NCBI RefSeq assembly: GCF_902713615.1 | Contig: NC_052158.1 | Span: 2,604,001 to 2,668,000 of the forward strand | DNA from: Scyliorhinus canicula | Lineage: Eukaryota | Length of the DNA: 64,000 bases | Reading direction: 5' to 3' | Shown: one piece after another, positions 1-10,118 of the stretch | Layout of the letters: every line of letters begins with the position of its first letter | Position numbering within the stretch: position 1 is the stretch's first letter | The notes under the pieces: model-generated | What the model was told of the DNA's origin: nothing | Seen by the model: only the letters and a program-made list of their open reading frames with translations | The model's database searches: none | Made by a program: the position numbers and the translations under genes

Positions 1-469
1 GGGCACAAAAGCTCAATTCATCTCTATCCATCTTCAACCACCTTATGTCCTCTTCACAACAAACTTTCCTACGTATCTTTGTGTCATCTGCAAATTTAGT
101 CACCATGCCTTTTCTCCCCTCATCTACATCATTGATTATAAATTATAAGAAGTTGGGTACTCTGCACAGAGCCCTACAGAAACCCAGGCGTGACATCTTT
201 GAACAGTGTGAAGAAACCGGAGCACGCGGAGGAAACCTACTGAGACACGAGGAGAACGTGCAAACCACACACAGACAGTCACCCAAGGGCAAAATTGAAC
301 CGGGATCCCTGGCGCTGTGAGGCAACCTTGCTAACTAACCACTGCACGCTGCTGGATAGGTTCTTAAAGAGCAAGGGGGTGAAAGGATATCGAGGGTAGG
401 CTGGAATGGGGGGGTTAAGGTTACAATCAGATTCGCCATGATCTTACTGAACGGCGCAACAGGCTCCAT

Positions 470-810
470 TGAATTGAAACAGTGCAGAAAGAGGCCATTC
501 GGCCCATTGAGTCTGCACCGACCATCTGAAAGAGAACCCGACCGAGACCCACTCCCCCTTCCTATCCCTGTCACCCCATAACCCCACCTTACATGCATGC
601 CTTTGGACACTAAGGGGCAATTTATCCCAGCCAATCCACTAAACCTGCACATCTTTGGACTGGGGGAGGGAATCGGAGTATCTGGAGGAAACTCACACAG
701 ACACGGGGAGAACATGCAGATTTCGCACAGACAGTGAGCCAAGGCCGGAACTGAACCCGGGTCCCTGGCTCTGTCAGGCTCCTGTGCTAACCATTGAGCC
801 ACTGTGCCGT
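470..810 (-). mobile_element. HE1/V-SINE-like tRNA-derived SINE
   Basis: Reverse strand has a tRNA-like head, the central ctgcatgttctccccgtgtctgtgtgagtttcctcc domain and a CR1-like tail gggccgaatggcctctttctgcactg; paralog at about 18330-18670. Confidence 0.8.
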
Positions 811-1771
811 GATCGAGGGGCCGAGTGGCCTCCTCCTGGTCCTAATTCATGTGTTTGTGTTCTGCTAATCAGAAAAAACAATCAATTTTTGCTCACTCTC
901 TGTCTTCTGCCATCCAATTGTCTATTCAATCTTCTTGACGTTAAGAATCTCGCCAAACCCCATCAACCTCTGGAATAACGATGCTCTTCTGATTCTGCCG
1001 TCTGAAGCCGAGTTGCTCTAATGCTGTTGGGCGCTCCATAGAATCATAGAAATTACAGTGCAAAAGGCGGCCATTCGGCCCATCGAGTATGCACCGGCCC
1101 TTGGAAAGAGCACCCGACTTAAGGCCACCCCTCCACCCTAGCCCTGTAACCCCTCCTTCAGCAGCCTAAACCCCAAGCTCTGAAATCCCCTCCTTCCACA
1201 TCACCAGCTGTCTCTCTCTCTCCTTTACCAGCGTCATGTTAAATCCTCCATCTTTGGCCAAGTAGTCTGCAACCTGCCATAATATCGTCTGCAGTGTCTC
1301 GGTGCCACATTTTGCTTCGGTACCCTCCTGTAAACCTCCTCGAGGCGGTTTATTGAATTAGTGGGAAAATGTGAACAGAATGTGTTCCTGCTGGTGGCAG
1401 GGACAGCAGCAAAACCCCTTCTGGCGTCCAATGTCACGGTGACTGTAAAATGTACAAGATTAAACAACAGTCAATGCCAGACGTGGTTAGGCTTCATTCC
1501 GGAGTGTGGCCTTTATTCCCTTCTCTTACTTTTTTCTTGTTTGTGTGAGAGACATGAGCATCACTGGCAAGGCCACATTTAGTGAATTTCGGGGCTCGAG
1601 GGGCTGAATGGCCTCTGCTCCTGTTTCCTATGTTGCTGCCGCTGAGTGCACTTGGTGAGCAGTTGCAGAGGGCGACATTGCCACCTACTGTCCCGGCATG
1701 GAAGCTGCTGCTTCCCTGCTCCTGAACTGTCTGCTGGTTCTTCTGGAGTCGCCGTTCAGTCTACCCGTAAA

Positions 1772-1980
1772 CGGGGCTCAGTTGGCCGGACAGCCCGTTC
1801 GTGATGCAGAGCGAGGCCAGCAGCGTGGGTTCAATTCCCGTACCGGCCGAGGTTATTCATGAAGTCCCCACCTTCCCAACCTTGTCCCTCTCCTGAGGTG
1901 TGGGTGATCCTCAGGTTAAATCACCACCAGTCAGCCTCTCCCCCCTCAAGGGGGAAAGCAGCCTATAGTCATCTTTGGTA
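1772..1980 (+). mobile_element. Second tRNA-derived SINE family (copies at about 6830-7035 -, 19412-19620 +, 23275-23480 -, 61520-61730 +)
   Basis: B-box-like gggttcaattccc and a shared core cctgaggtgtgggtgatcctcaggttaaatcaccaccagtcag found dispersed in both orientations. Confidence 0.65.
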
Positions 1981-2195
1981 TGTTGGGCTCAGTTTGATTT
2001 GGTTTAATCTCGGAGTAGCGGACGGTGCAGAATGTGTCAATGGCGTGCCACCTGTGTGTTGTAGAGCGGACAGCAGAAACATAGACAATAAGAGCAGGTG
2101 GAGGCCATTCGGCCCTTCCATCCCGCTCCGCCATTGATTATGATCATGGCTGATCATCCAACTCAACAGCCTAATCCCGCTTTTGTCTTCTAATC

Positions 2196-3139
2196 TGTTG
2201 CTCGTTTTACTGGAGTGTGATTAACACGCCTCCATTTAAAGGCCGTGTGCTTAACACTACTATGGCTCTGTATGTGTAATTATGCTCGGAGTCACCAGGT
2301 GTCGTATTGAGACACCGTCACAAGTATATCAAGGTCAGGTTCAAAGTAATAAATCCATACACCGATTAGTAAGTCCAAACGATTGGTGTTTATTATAACA
2401 AATATAATAAATACTCATGCATACGCTAAAGAGACTAACTTACTTCTAATACTAAACAACTAAATACTTATCTAGACAGGAACAGGCAAGGTCAGGGAGC
2501 AAGGCCTTCGTCCCGTTCTTGGTCTGTAACTTTCTGATTGGCAAAGTTGTCAAGAGCTAGCAAGGTCTGGATCACGTAGCGATCGTTGTGTTGGCACTTA
2601 CAGTTCGATGGCTGATGCTCAACGTCCGGTGATGAAACTGGAGTCAGGATGCGATGCAACAGATCTGGGCCGGAGTCTGGAAGCAACAGACCGAGTCATG
2701 TGCTTGACCTTCTTTTTATAGGTCCCAGGAGGTTCAGGCCCCCTTGGGGTGGTTCCCTCCTCGATTGGGTCTTTCCCAATCGATATCTTTCAAATTCCCC
2801 AATCCTAGGGTCGTTTCTCGATGTTTGGGGCGGTCCCTACCGCTCTTTGTTTTGGTTGCTTTGGCGCCGTTCTGTCTGGGCGTCTATGGAAAAGTATCCA
2901 TCGATACTTAAATGTTTCTATTGTACCTGGGCCTGGGCCGGGATCACCTCATTAATATGCAGATCTGTTTCCCATTTGCACCTTTGGCTGAAACTCTGCA
3001 ACTCTTTGGAAACTGGTTTCTGTACGTGCAAAATGCAAAACAGTCTTTTGCAAGCTGTGTGTCCTCACTGTGACTGTTTTTCCCTGTGTTCCTTGCGGTT
3101 CTCCATTTTGTAGCCCAGTGTCCATCTTAGATGGCTACA
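2196..3139 (-). mobile_element. Solo LTR (944 bp)
   Basis: TG...CA ends (TGTTGC...GCTACA) and 4-bp TSD AATC (2192-2195, 3140-3143). Minus-strand TATA-like TATAAAAA at about 2713-2720 and AATAAA at 2389-2394, in U3-R-U5 order. Confidence 0.8.
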
Positions 3140-3483
3140 AATCATACAATACTTTTATTCACACCAGGGAAATCTTAGTCCCTTGCTCTGTAATCAGAGT
3201 TTGATTGAAAAATCTTGTTCAGTTTAGCGTTCAGAACGTCACTCCAGAAAGCGTATATAATTAGAAGTAAATGGTCTCAAAATGTTTAAGTTGCAAAAGG
3301 GTGTCATGAATTGCCAATCTAGTTGTTCACTGAAATGGGTTCAAATAAACCACAGAGCTGGTGGATAGATTCTGTCAGCGATCCTTTGTCAGTGGAAAAA
3401 TAAATCAATATTTAAAAGCACATTTTCAAAAATGTATTCATGTCAGAAATCAACACAAATAAATCATTCCGTGAGCAAAAAAC

Positions 3484-3489
3484 TTTATT
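3484..3489 (-). terminator. Polyadenylation signal of HSP70 copy 1
   Basis: AATAAA on minus strand about 345 nt past the stop, in an AU-rich 3'UTR; conserved in copy 2 at 19910-19915. Confidence 0.65.
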
Positions 3490-3833
3490 TAATGAAAAAT
3501 ATTCAGCCCAGCTGTGAGTAAGTGCAAATAAATTTAACCTGTACATTGAGGACATTTCCATACTAGATGTGAAACACAGTGAACCTCTTCAATATAATAC
3601 ATTGATCAAATTATTCCAATTAACAACAGTGGGTGTGGTACAGGCTCTACACAGTTTCCAGGCACTGTCACCATCACAGTTATATTACAGTCACTGTAGA
3701 CCTGGCAGCATCGAGACCAGTAAATGCCACCACTGTCAGTCAGGAATACAACACGTCTCAGCGCCCAATCCAGTAAAGTCCAAAAATCTGATGTGTCCGA
3801 TTCCCAACGTACATCCTTGTTCTTTCCGGCCTT

Positions 3834-5762
3834 TCAATCCACCTCCTCCACAGTGGGTCCTGTGGGATAGGCATTCCCAGCCTGGGATCGGCAAGAGCTC
3901 CCAGCTGCTGCTGCTCCTCCTTGGTACAGGTCGGCAATGATGGGATTGCAGACTTTTTCCAGCTCTTTCAGCTGGAACTCAAACTCCTCCTTCTCTGCCA
4001 TCTGATTGTTCTCCAGCCACTGTATTGCCTGCTCACACTGCTCAATGATTTTCTTCTTATCTGCCTCACTGATCTGATTCCTCACACTCTGCTCCTCCAC
4101 CCAGCTCTTCATGTTGAAGGCGTATGACTCCAGGGAGTTCTTGGCTGCGATCCTCTGTCGCTGGACTTCATCCTGGCTTTTGTACTTTTCTGCTTCCTGC
4201 ACCATCCTCTCAATCTCCTCCTTGCTCAGCCGGCCCTTGTCGTTGCTGATGGTGATTTTGTTGGATTGGCCGGTGCTCTTGTCAACAGCAGAAACATTGA
4301 GGATGCCGTTGGCATCAATGTCAAAGGTGACCTCGATCTGTGGCACCCCACGGGGGGCAGGGGCAATGCCACTCAACTCAAATTTGCCCAGGAGGTTGTT
4401 GTCCTTGGTCATGGCTCTCTCTCCTTCGTACACCTGAATGAGGACCCCGGGCTGGTTCTCAGAGTAGGTGCTGAAGGTCTGGGTCTGCTTGGTGGGAATG
4501 GTGGTGTTACGCTTGATGAGTGTGGTCATCACCCCTCCTGCGGTCTCGAGACCCAGAGACAGGGCAGCGACATCCAGGAGAAGTAAATCCTGGACATTCT
4601 CCGACTGATCCCCCATCAGAACAGCCGCTTGGACAGCCGCCCCATAGGCCACGGCTTCATCAGGATTGATGCTCTTGTTCAGCTCTTTGCCGTTGAAGAA
4701 ATCTTGCAGCAGTTTCTGGACCTTGGGGATGCGAGTGGAGCCCCCGACCAAGACCACATCGTGGATCTGCGATTTCTCCATCTTGGCATCTCTCAGAGCT
4801 TTCTCCACTGGTTCCAGAGTGCCTCTGAACAGGTCAGAATTCAGCTCCTCAAACCGAGCCCTGGTGATGGAGGTGTAAAAGTCTATGCCTTCAAACAGAG
4901 AATCAATCTCAATACTGGCTTGGGTGCTGGAAGACAAGGTTCTCTTGGCTCTCTCGCAGGCTGTCCTCAGTCTCCTGACCGCCCTCTTGTTCTTACTGAT
5001 GTCCTTCTTGTATTTACGCTTGAACTCCTCAATGAAGTGACTGACCATACGGTTATCAAAGTCCTCTCCTCCCAAGTGGGTGTCACCCGCTGTGGATTTC
5101 ACTTCAAAGATCCCGTCGTCAATGGAGAGAACAGACACGTCGAAGGTGCCACCTCCCAAGTCAAAGATGAGAACATTGTGTTCCCCTCTGCCCTTCTTGT
5201 CCAGGCCGTAGGCAATGGCAGCTGCTGTTGGCTCATTGATGACACGGAGGACATTGAGGCCAGCGATCACCCCGGCATCCTTGGTTGCCTGGCGCTGGGA
5301 GTCATTGAAGTAAGCAGGCACAGTGATGACAGCGTTGGTGACGGTGTGTCCCAGGTAGGCCTCAGCCGTCTCCTTCATCTTAATCAGCACCATGGAGGAG
5401 ATCTCCTCAGGGTTAAAGGTTTTATCCTCCCCCTTGTACTCGACCTTCACCTTGGGCTTCCCCGCCTGGTTCACCACCTGGAAGGGCCAGTGCTTCATGT
5501 CAGACTGGACCAGCGGGTCGTCAAACCTCCTCCCGATTAGCCTCTTGGCATCAAAGATGGTGTTGGGTGGGTTGAGAGCCACCTGGTTCTTAGCGGCGTC
5601 TCCGATGAGCCTCTCGGTGTCGTTGAAGGCCACGTAGCTGGGGGTGGTGCGGTTGCCCTGGTCATTGGCGATGATCTCCACCTTGCCGTGCTGGAAGACC
5701 CCCACGCAGGAGTAGGTGGTGCCCAGGTCAATGCCAATGGCTGTTCCTTTAGCTGGTGGCAT
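3834..5762 (-). CDS. hsp70: Cytosolic inducible-type heat shock 70 kDa protein, intronless, 642 aa (copy 1)
   Basis: Signatures [36 protein letters not shown] and C-terminal GPTVEEVD. First ATG (aagATGc) at 5762; the ORF-track start at 5843 is a GTG in the 5'UTR. Confidence 0.97.
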   Translation of the reverse strand: MPPAKGTAIGIDLGTTYSCVGVFQHGKVEIIANDQGNRTTPSYVAFNDTERLIGDAAKNQVALNPPNTIFDAKRLIGRRFDDPLVQSDMKHWPFQVVNQAGKPKVKVEYKGEDKTFNPEEISSMVLIKMKETAEAYLGHTVTNAVITVPAYFNDSQRQATKDAGVIAGLNVLRVINEPTAAAIAYGLDKKGRGEHNVLIFDLGGGTFDVSVLSIDDGIFEVKSTAGDTHLGGEDFDNRMVSHFIEEFKRKYKKDISKNKRAVRRLRTACERAKRTLSSSTQASIEIDSLFEGIDFYTSITRARFEELNSDLFRGTLEPVEKALRDAKMEKSQIHDVVLVGGSTRIPKVQKLLQDFFNGKELNKSINPDEAVAYGAAVQAAVLMGDQSENVQDLLLLDVAALSLGLETAGGVMTTLIKRNTTIPTKQTQTFSTYSENQPGVLIQVYEGERAMTKDNNLLGKFELSGIAPAPRGVPQIEVTFDIDANGILNVSAVDKSTGQSNKITISNDKGRLSKEEIERMVQEAEKYKSQDEVQRQRIAAKNSLESYAFNMKSWVEEQSVRNQISEADKKKIIEQCEQAIQWLENNQMAEKEEFEFQLKELEKVCNPIIADLYQGGAAAAGSSCRSQAGNAYPTGPTVEEVD

Positions 5763-5879
5763 CTTGAGTCCTGATCCAAGCCGAGTGAATTCAGTCGCTG
5801 CTGCTGCTGTGAAGTTTTGCTGATGCAGTGATCCAGTTGCCACCTGCTCTGTGCTCCGGGCGGGAGGGTGATTGTGACT

Positions 5880-6330
5880 GGGAGCCGCTCAGCTCTTGTC
5901 CTTTATATCGGCTGAGAGCGGCCGAGTGGGCGCCGCGCGGAGGCTGATTGACGGCGGCGCGGACCAATGGGGGCGGGGGAGGTGACGTCACCGCGGTATG
6001 TTCGGAAGCGGCGGCCAATGAGAGCGGTGATGTCACCGCGGAATGTTGGCCAATGAGAGCGCGGAGCGGTGATGTCACCGCGGAATGTTGGCCAATGAGA
6101 GCGCGGCGGGCGGGCGGCAGGCGGAGAGTTGGAGAGTTTTGTGGAAGGTTCGAGTCCCGGGAAGAAAGTTGTGGAAAGTTGCGGAAGGCGGGGACGGGAA
6201 TGGACTGTGAGCAGCGGGAAGCGGCTGGAGGCGGGAAGGAGGAGCGGAGCAAAGAGGACATTGTTGGTCAGCGCCGGCCAGGGTGATGCCAACCCTCCCG
6301 GACTGGCCGGGAGTCTCCCGGAATTGGGGA
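5880..6330 (-). promoter_or_regulatory. HSP70 copy 1 CpG-rich promoter: TATAAA 5902-5907, CRE TGACGTCA about 5983-5990, four CCAAT boxes, GC boxes, HSE array about 6131-6190
   Basis: Motifs read directly; spacing to the ATG fits a Pol II promoter. Confidence 0.85.
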
Positions 6331-7171
6331 GAGATCTTGGGAGCAAATCCTGGAGAGGGGGAAGGAACCATGGAGCATTGAACAAGTTGATCTTTTTCAT
6401 CACTCAACACATTCCAAATTTCTTTCTCAATTTTTGTTTTAAAGAATCCATCTGTGCAGGAGGCCATTCAGCCCCAATTCTTTACTCCCCCAAGTCCCAA
6501 TGTGTCTGCGCCAATTGGATTCAACTCAGCCATTTAAGTGTAGAAAGGCAAAATGTTTTTCTCTGCATACACACACAGAAAGAAGTCTTACAACATCAGG
6601 TTAAAGTCCAACAAGTTTGTTTCAAACACTGGCTTTCGGAGGACTGCTCCTTCCTCCGGTGATGGTTCCTGAGCAATTGCTGTGCATTTCTCACCTGGGG
6701 ACTGCCCGGTTTGGAGCAACGGAGGGGGGGGGCAGTGGAATGAGTTCCCCAGCACATCTTCGGGGCACCCCCAGTTCTGTCCCTAATCGCGGCTGTTATA
6801 TGTATGGTAATTGTGTTATGGTTAAGGTAAAGCCGCTATAGTTCCAGATGACCAGAGGCTTCTTTCCCCCTTGAGGGGGGAGAGCTGACTGGTGGTGATT
6901 TAACCTGAGGATCACCACACCTCAGGAGAGGGGCAAGGTTGAGAAGGCAGGGCCGTCATGAATAACCTCAGCCGGTACGGGTTTTGAACCCACGCTGCTG
7001 GCATCTCTGCATCATAAACCAGCTGTCCAGCCAACACACATGCATCTCAGTCAGCTAGAAATGTTATCTCTGCATATTTATCCATTCATATCAATAATTA
7101 CACATAGGATTGAAAACTTTGAAATCAAACAAAGGTTTTATTCAAGTTGAAATGACTTGCTTCCAATTTAC

Positions 7172-7514
7172 ATAGAATTTACAGTGCAGAAGTAGGCCAT
7201 TCGGCCCATCGAGTCTGCACCGGCTCTTGGAAAGAGCACCCTACCCAAGGTTAACACCTCCACCCTGTCCCCATAACCCAGTACCCCACCCAACATTAAG
7301 GGCAATTTTGGACACTAAGGGCAATTTATCATGGCCAATCCACCTAACCTGCACATCTTTGGACTGTTGGAGGAAACCGGAGCACCCGGAGGAAACCCAC
7401 GCACACACGGGGAGGATGTGCAGACTCCACACAGACAGCGACCCAAACCGGAATCGAACCTGGGACCCTGGAGCTGTGAAGCGATTCTGCTATCCACAAT
7501 GCTACCGTGCTGCC
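7172..7514 (-). mobile_element. Full-length HE1/V-SINE-like element specific to copy 1 flank
   Basis: Complete head-to-tail structure; the paralogous site is empty at about 23615 and about 61385. Confidence 0.85.
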
Positions 7515-8589
7515 ATGTTGTAATAGTTTGAACAGGGAGACGACTTGCGGTCAATCAAAGTTGCAGACATAATCAGGTCCACAAATGGAGGTTAACATGT
7601 TTACTCAGCACCCAGCACAGGTTATATTGGGCCCAGTGTTAATTTGCTGATGTAGCTCAGGGTGAGCGTCAGTATGAGTGACACCACTCAATGTCTGTGT
7701 GTATGTACATTATGTATTTACGTATATCCTGTTTTTTTATGGATGGAACAATCTATCTGGACTGTATGCAGAACAATGCTTTTCACTGTACCTCTGTACA
7801 CGTGACAACAAATCATATCCAATCCAAACCCAAAATGTGAATTGCAGATAACATAACCCACAAGGTACAGTCGAACATTGTGAAGGCCGTTCTGCTCGCC
7901 TGCTGCTGACGCCAAGCACTGACGCCCCAATACAGAACAGGAATTAGCCTCTGTAAATCTGGCCCACTCAACAGACCGCGCCCATTCCCTTCTAACCGGA
8001 TCACTGTCAACTTCATTTCAGAATTACTTGAAACAAAATGGAATCAATTATCGACTAAGGTTAGAAATCAGGACAAGCGAAAAGCAGAAAGGATAGGATT
8101 TCTCATGTCTGCTATAACCACCCTAACCTTTAAAAAAAGGTGTCAGGAAACTGAGGTCTTTGGCGAATAGAAGAACTGGAATGTAGTTCCGGGGTGGGCA
8201 GTCCGGGAGCCATGTGCGGCCCATGAGACACTTTGTTGGTTGACCCTTTCCCACGTAAAGGGGCACCATTCCGCCGATTCCTGACCACGTAGCTTTTCTC
8301 TCACCGGTGTGAAGAGATTCGCACGTAAAACAAGGGCAAGTGAAGTGAGGCGTGTGCTAATCGCACACAACATTGACTGTGAGAGCCGTGCGCTCCCTCT
8401 GCATCTTTTGTTTGAAGTCGATGGACAGTTCTATTAATATATAAACGATTAAGCATTTTCTCCAACTTCTCAAATATGCAACATGTATTCAATCTTATAC
8501 ACAGGGTCTGGTTAGAGAACAAGCCTGATTTGAACCTTGCGGCCCACCCAATTAGAGGGCCACTCATTAGCCTAGGTTGCCCATCACTG

Positions 8590-8910
8590 ATGTGGTACCA
8601 TTGGTAATCTCAGGATTCCCAAACATGTTTTACAGACAGTGAAGTGCCAGTCATTGCTGTAATTTGGGGAACAGCAGCTATTTTGTACACAGCAAGCTCC
8701 CAAGTGATGCACAAATGACTGACCATCCTGTTTTTTAGTGCTGGTCAATGTGAATTATCTATTGGCCAGTGTTGAGGGAGGAAACCCCCCTCCTGGGTTT
8801 GAAATGACTGCTGTGGGATCTTTCCTGCCGAGTTGAGAAGGCGGATGGACACTCCAGTCAATGTCTGGGCTGAAAGCTAAACGATCAGACTGTGCAGCAC
8901 TTCCTCAGTG
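8590..8910 (-). mobile_element. Deu-domain-type SINE (SacSINE/AmnSINE-like), truncated at the orphan-promoter junction
   Basis: Motifs gggatcttt...gactgtgcagcacttcctcagtgc resemble the recalled Deu domain. The uninterrupted paralog, with its tRNA-like head, is at about 59625-60000 (+). Confidence 0.55.
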
Positions 8911-9316
8911 CGGACGAGTGGGCGGCGCCCGGAGGCTGATTGACGGCGGCGCGGACCAATGAGGGCGCGGGGCGGTGATGTCACCGCGGAATGTTGGCCA
9001 ATGAGAGCGCGGCGGGCGGGCGGCAGGCGGAGAGTTGGAGAGTTTTGTGGAAGGTTCGAGTCCCGGGAAGAAAGTTGTGGAAAGTTGCGGGAGGCGGGGA
9101 CGGGAATGGACTGTTAGCAGCGGGAAGCGGCTGGAGGCGGGAAGGAGGAGCGGAGCAAAGAGGACATTGTTGGTCAGCGCCGGCCAGGGTGATGCCAACC
9201 CTCCCGGACTGGCCGGGAGTCTCCCGGAATTGGGGACAGATCTTGGGAGCAAATCCTGGAGAGGGGGAAGGAAACATGGAGCATTGAACAAGTTGATCTT
9301 TTTCATCTTTCAACAC
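8910..9316 (-). promoter_or_regulatory. Orphan (TATA-less, gene-less) copy of the HSP70 upstream promoter
   Basis: Near-identical to about 5918-6410 including the HSE array; homology stops about 10 bp short of the TATA box. Confidence 0.9.
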
Positions 9317-10118
9317 AACACCTTTGTTATAAAGTGATTGCATTTGGGGCCAAAGGGTATTTTGCTGCCAGTAATGAATAATTTCCATTTGCAAGATGAT
9401 GGGCCCTGAGAATTGAAATGTTGTGTGACAGAGTGTGGGAGTGGGGTTCATAGGGGACAGGACATTTTGGATTAAAATTTGCAGCAATATGCCTGTACGG
9501 AGTTGGCAATTCCAGCTGCCAACACCTCGATGCCCCCCTGGCAACTGTATGAGACGATGCCAGGCTGGTCATGATTTTGGTGTCAAACTTCAGGCCGAGA
9601 TGATCCTCTGTGTGCCATCACTATGACGATGTATTTCCATCTCCAAGCCATTGCCGAACTTCGTCCATGCCCCAGATATTTTCATTTGTGTCTTTGCTAC
9701 CGTTAGACTGACTATTCCGACACACATCAGGCTGGCCTGCCACATGAGATCATTCCAAACTCTGCTGTGTCTGTCTTAACTCTCATCAAGTCCTGTTCCT
9801 CACCACTGCTTTCCTCACTGACCTACATTGACTCCAACTCAGTCAAAATCCTTCATTCTAAAACTCTCAACCTGGTTTTCAAATGTCTCCTTTCCCTTGC
9901 TCTCACAGATGAAATAGGAGCAGCAGTAGTCCATTCGGCCCCTCAAACCTGCCCCACCATTCACAAAGATCATGGCTGACCTGTTGTCTTTCCAAATCCG
10001 CAATTCCCATCCACTCCGAACAACCTTTGATTCCCTTGCCCAACAAGAATCTTATCTACCTCCACTTTAAAAGAATTCAGTTTCCCCGCTTTCACCGCCT
10101 TGTGAGAGATCCAAGATC

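Larger units (their letters stand above)
1..9316. repeat. Segmental duplication unit A (HSP70 copy 1 with flanks), paralogous to about 13526-25575
   Basis: Window start gggcacaaaagctcaattc recurs at 13526. Colinear near-identity with unit-specific indels runs to the end of the orphan promoter (tttcatctttcaacaca, about 9316 vs about 25576). The left boundary may lie outside the window. Confidence 0.93.

Noticed and set aside
2649-3113. 154-aa ORF
   Set aside because: It lies inside a solo LTR on its antisense strand and has no recognisable motifs.
4629-5540. 303-aa plus-strand ORF (and 21350-22204) antisense to HSP70
   Set aside because: Long antisense ORFs are a known by-product of HSP70 codon bias. 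There is no ATG start or promoter, and the ORF boundaries differ between the two copies.
5763-5843. 27-31 aa N-terminal extension of HSP70 in the ORF track
   Set aside because: It starts at a GTG within the 5'UTR; homology to HSP70 begins at the ATG (MPPAKG).
5791-6662. Many overlapping 100-190 aa ORFs in the HSP70 promoter copies (also 8905-9544, 22221-22908, 25032-25672, 63336-63992)
   Set aside because: GC-rich promoter DNA lacks stops in all frames, the frames are not preserved between paralogs, and no domain is recognisable.
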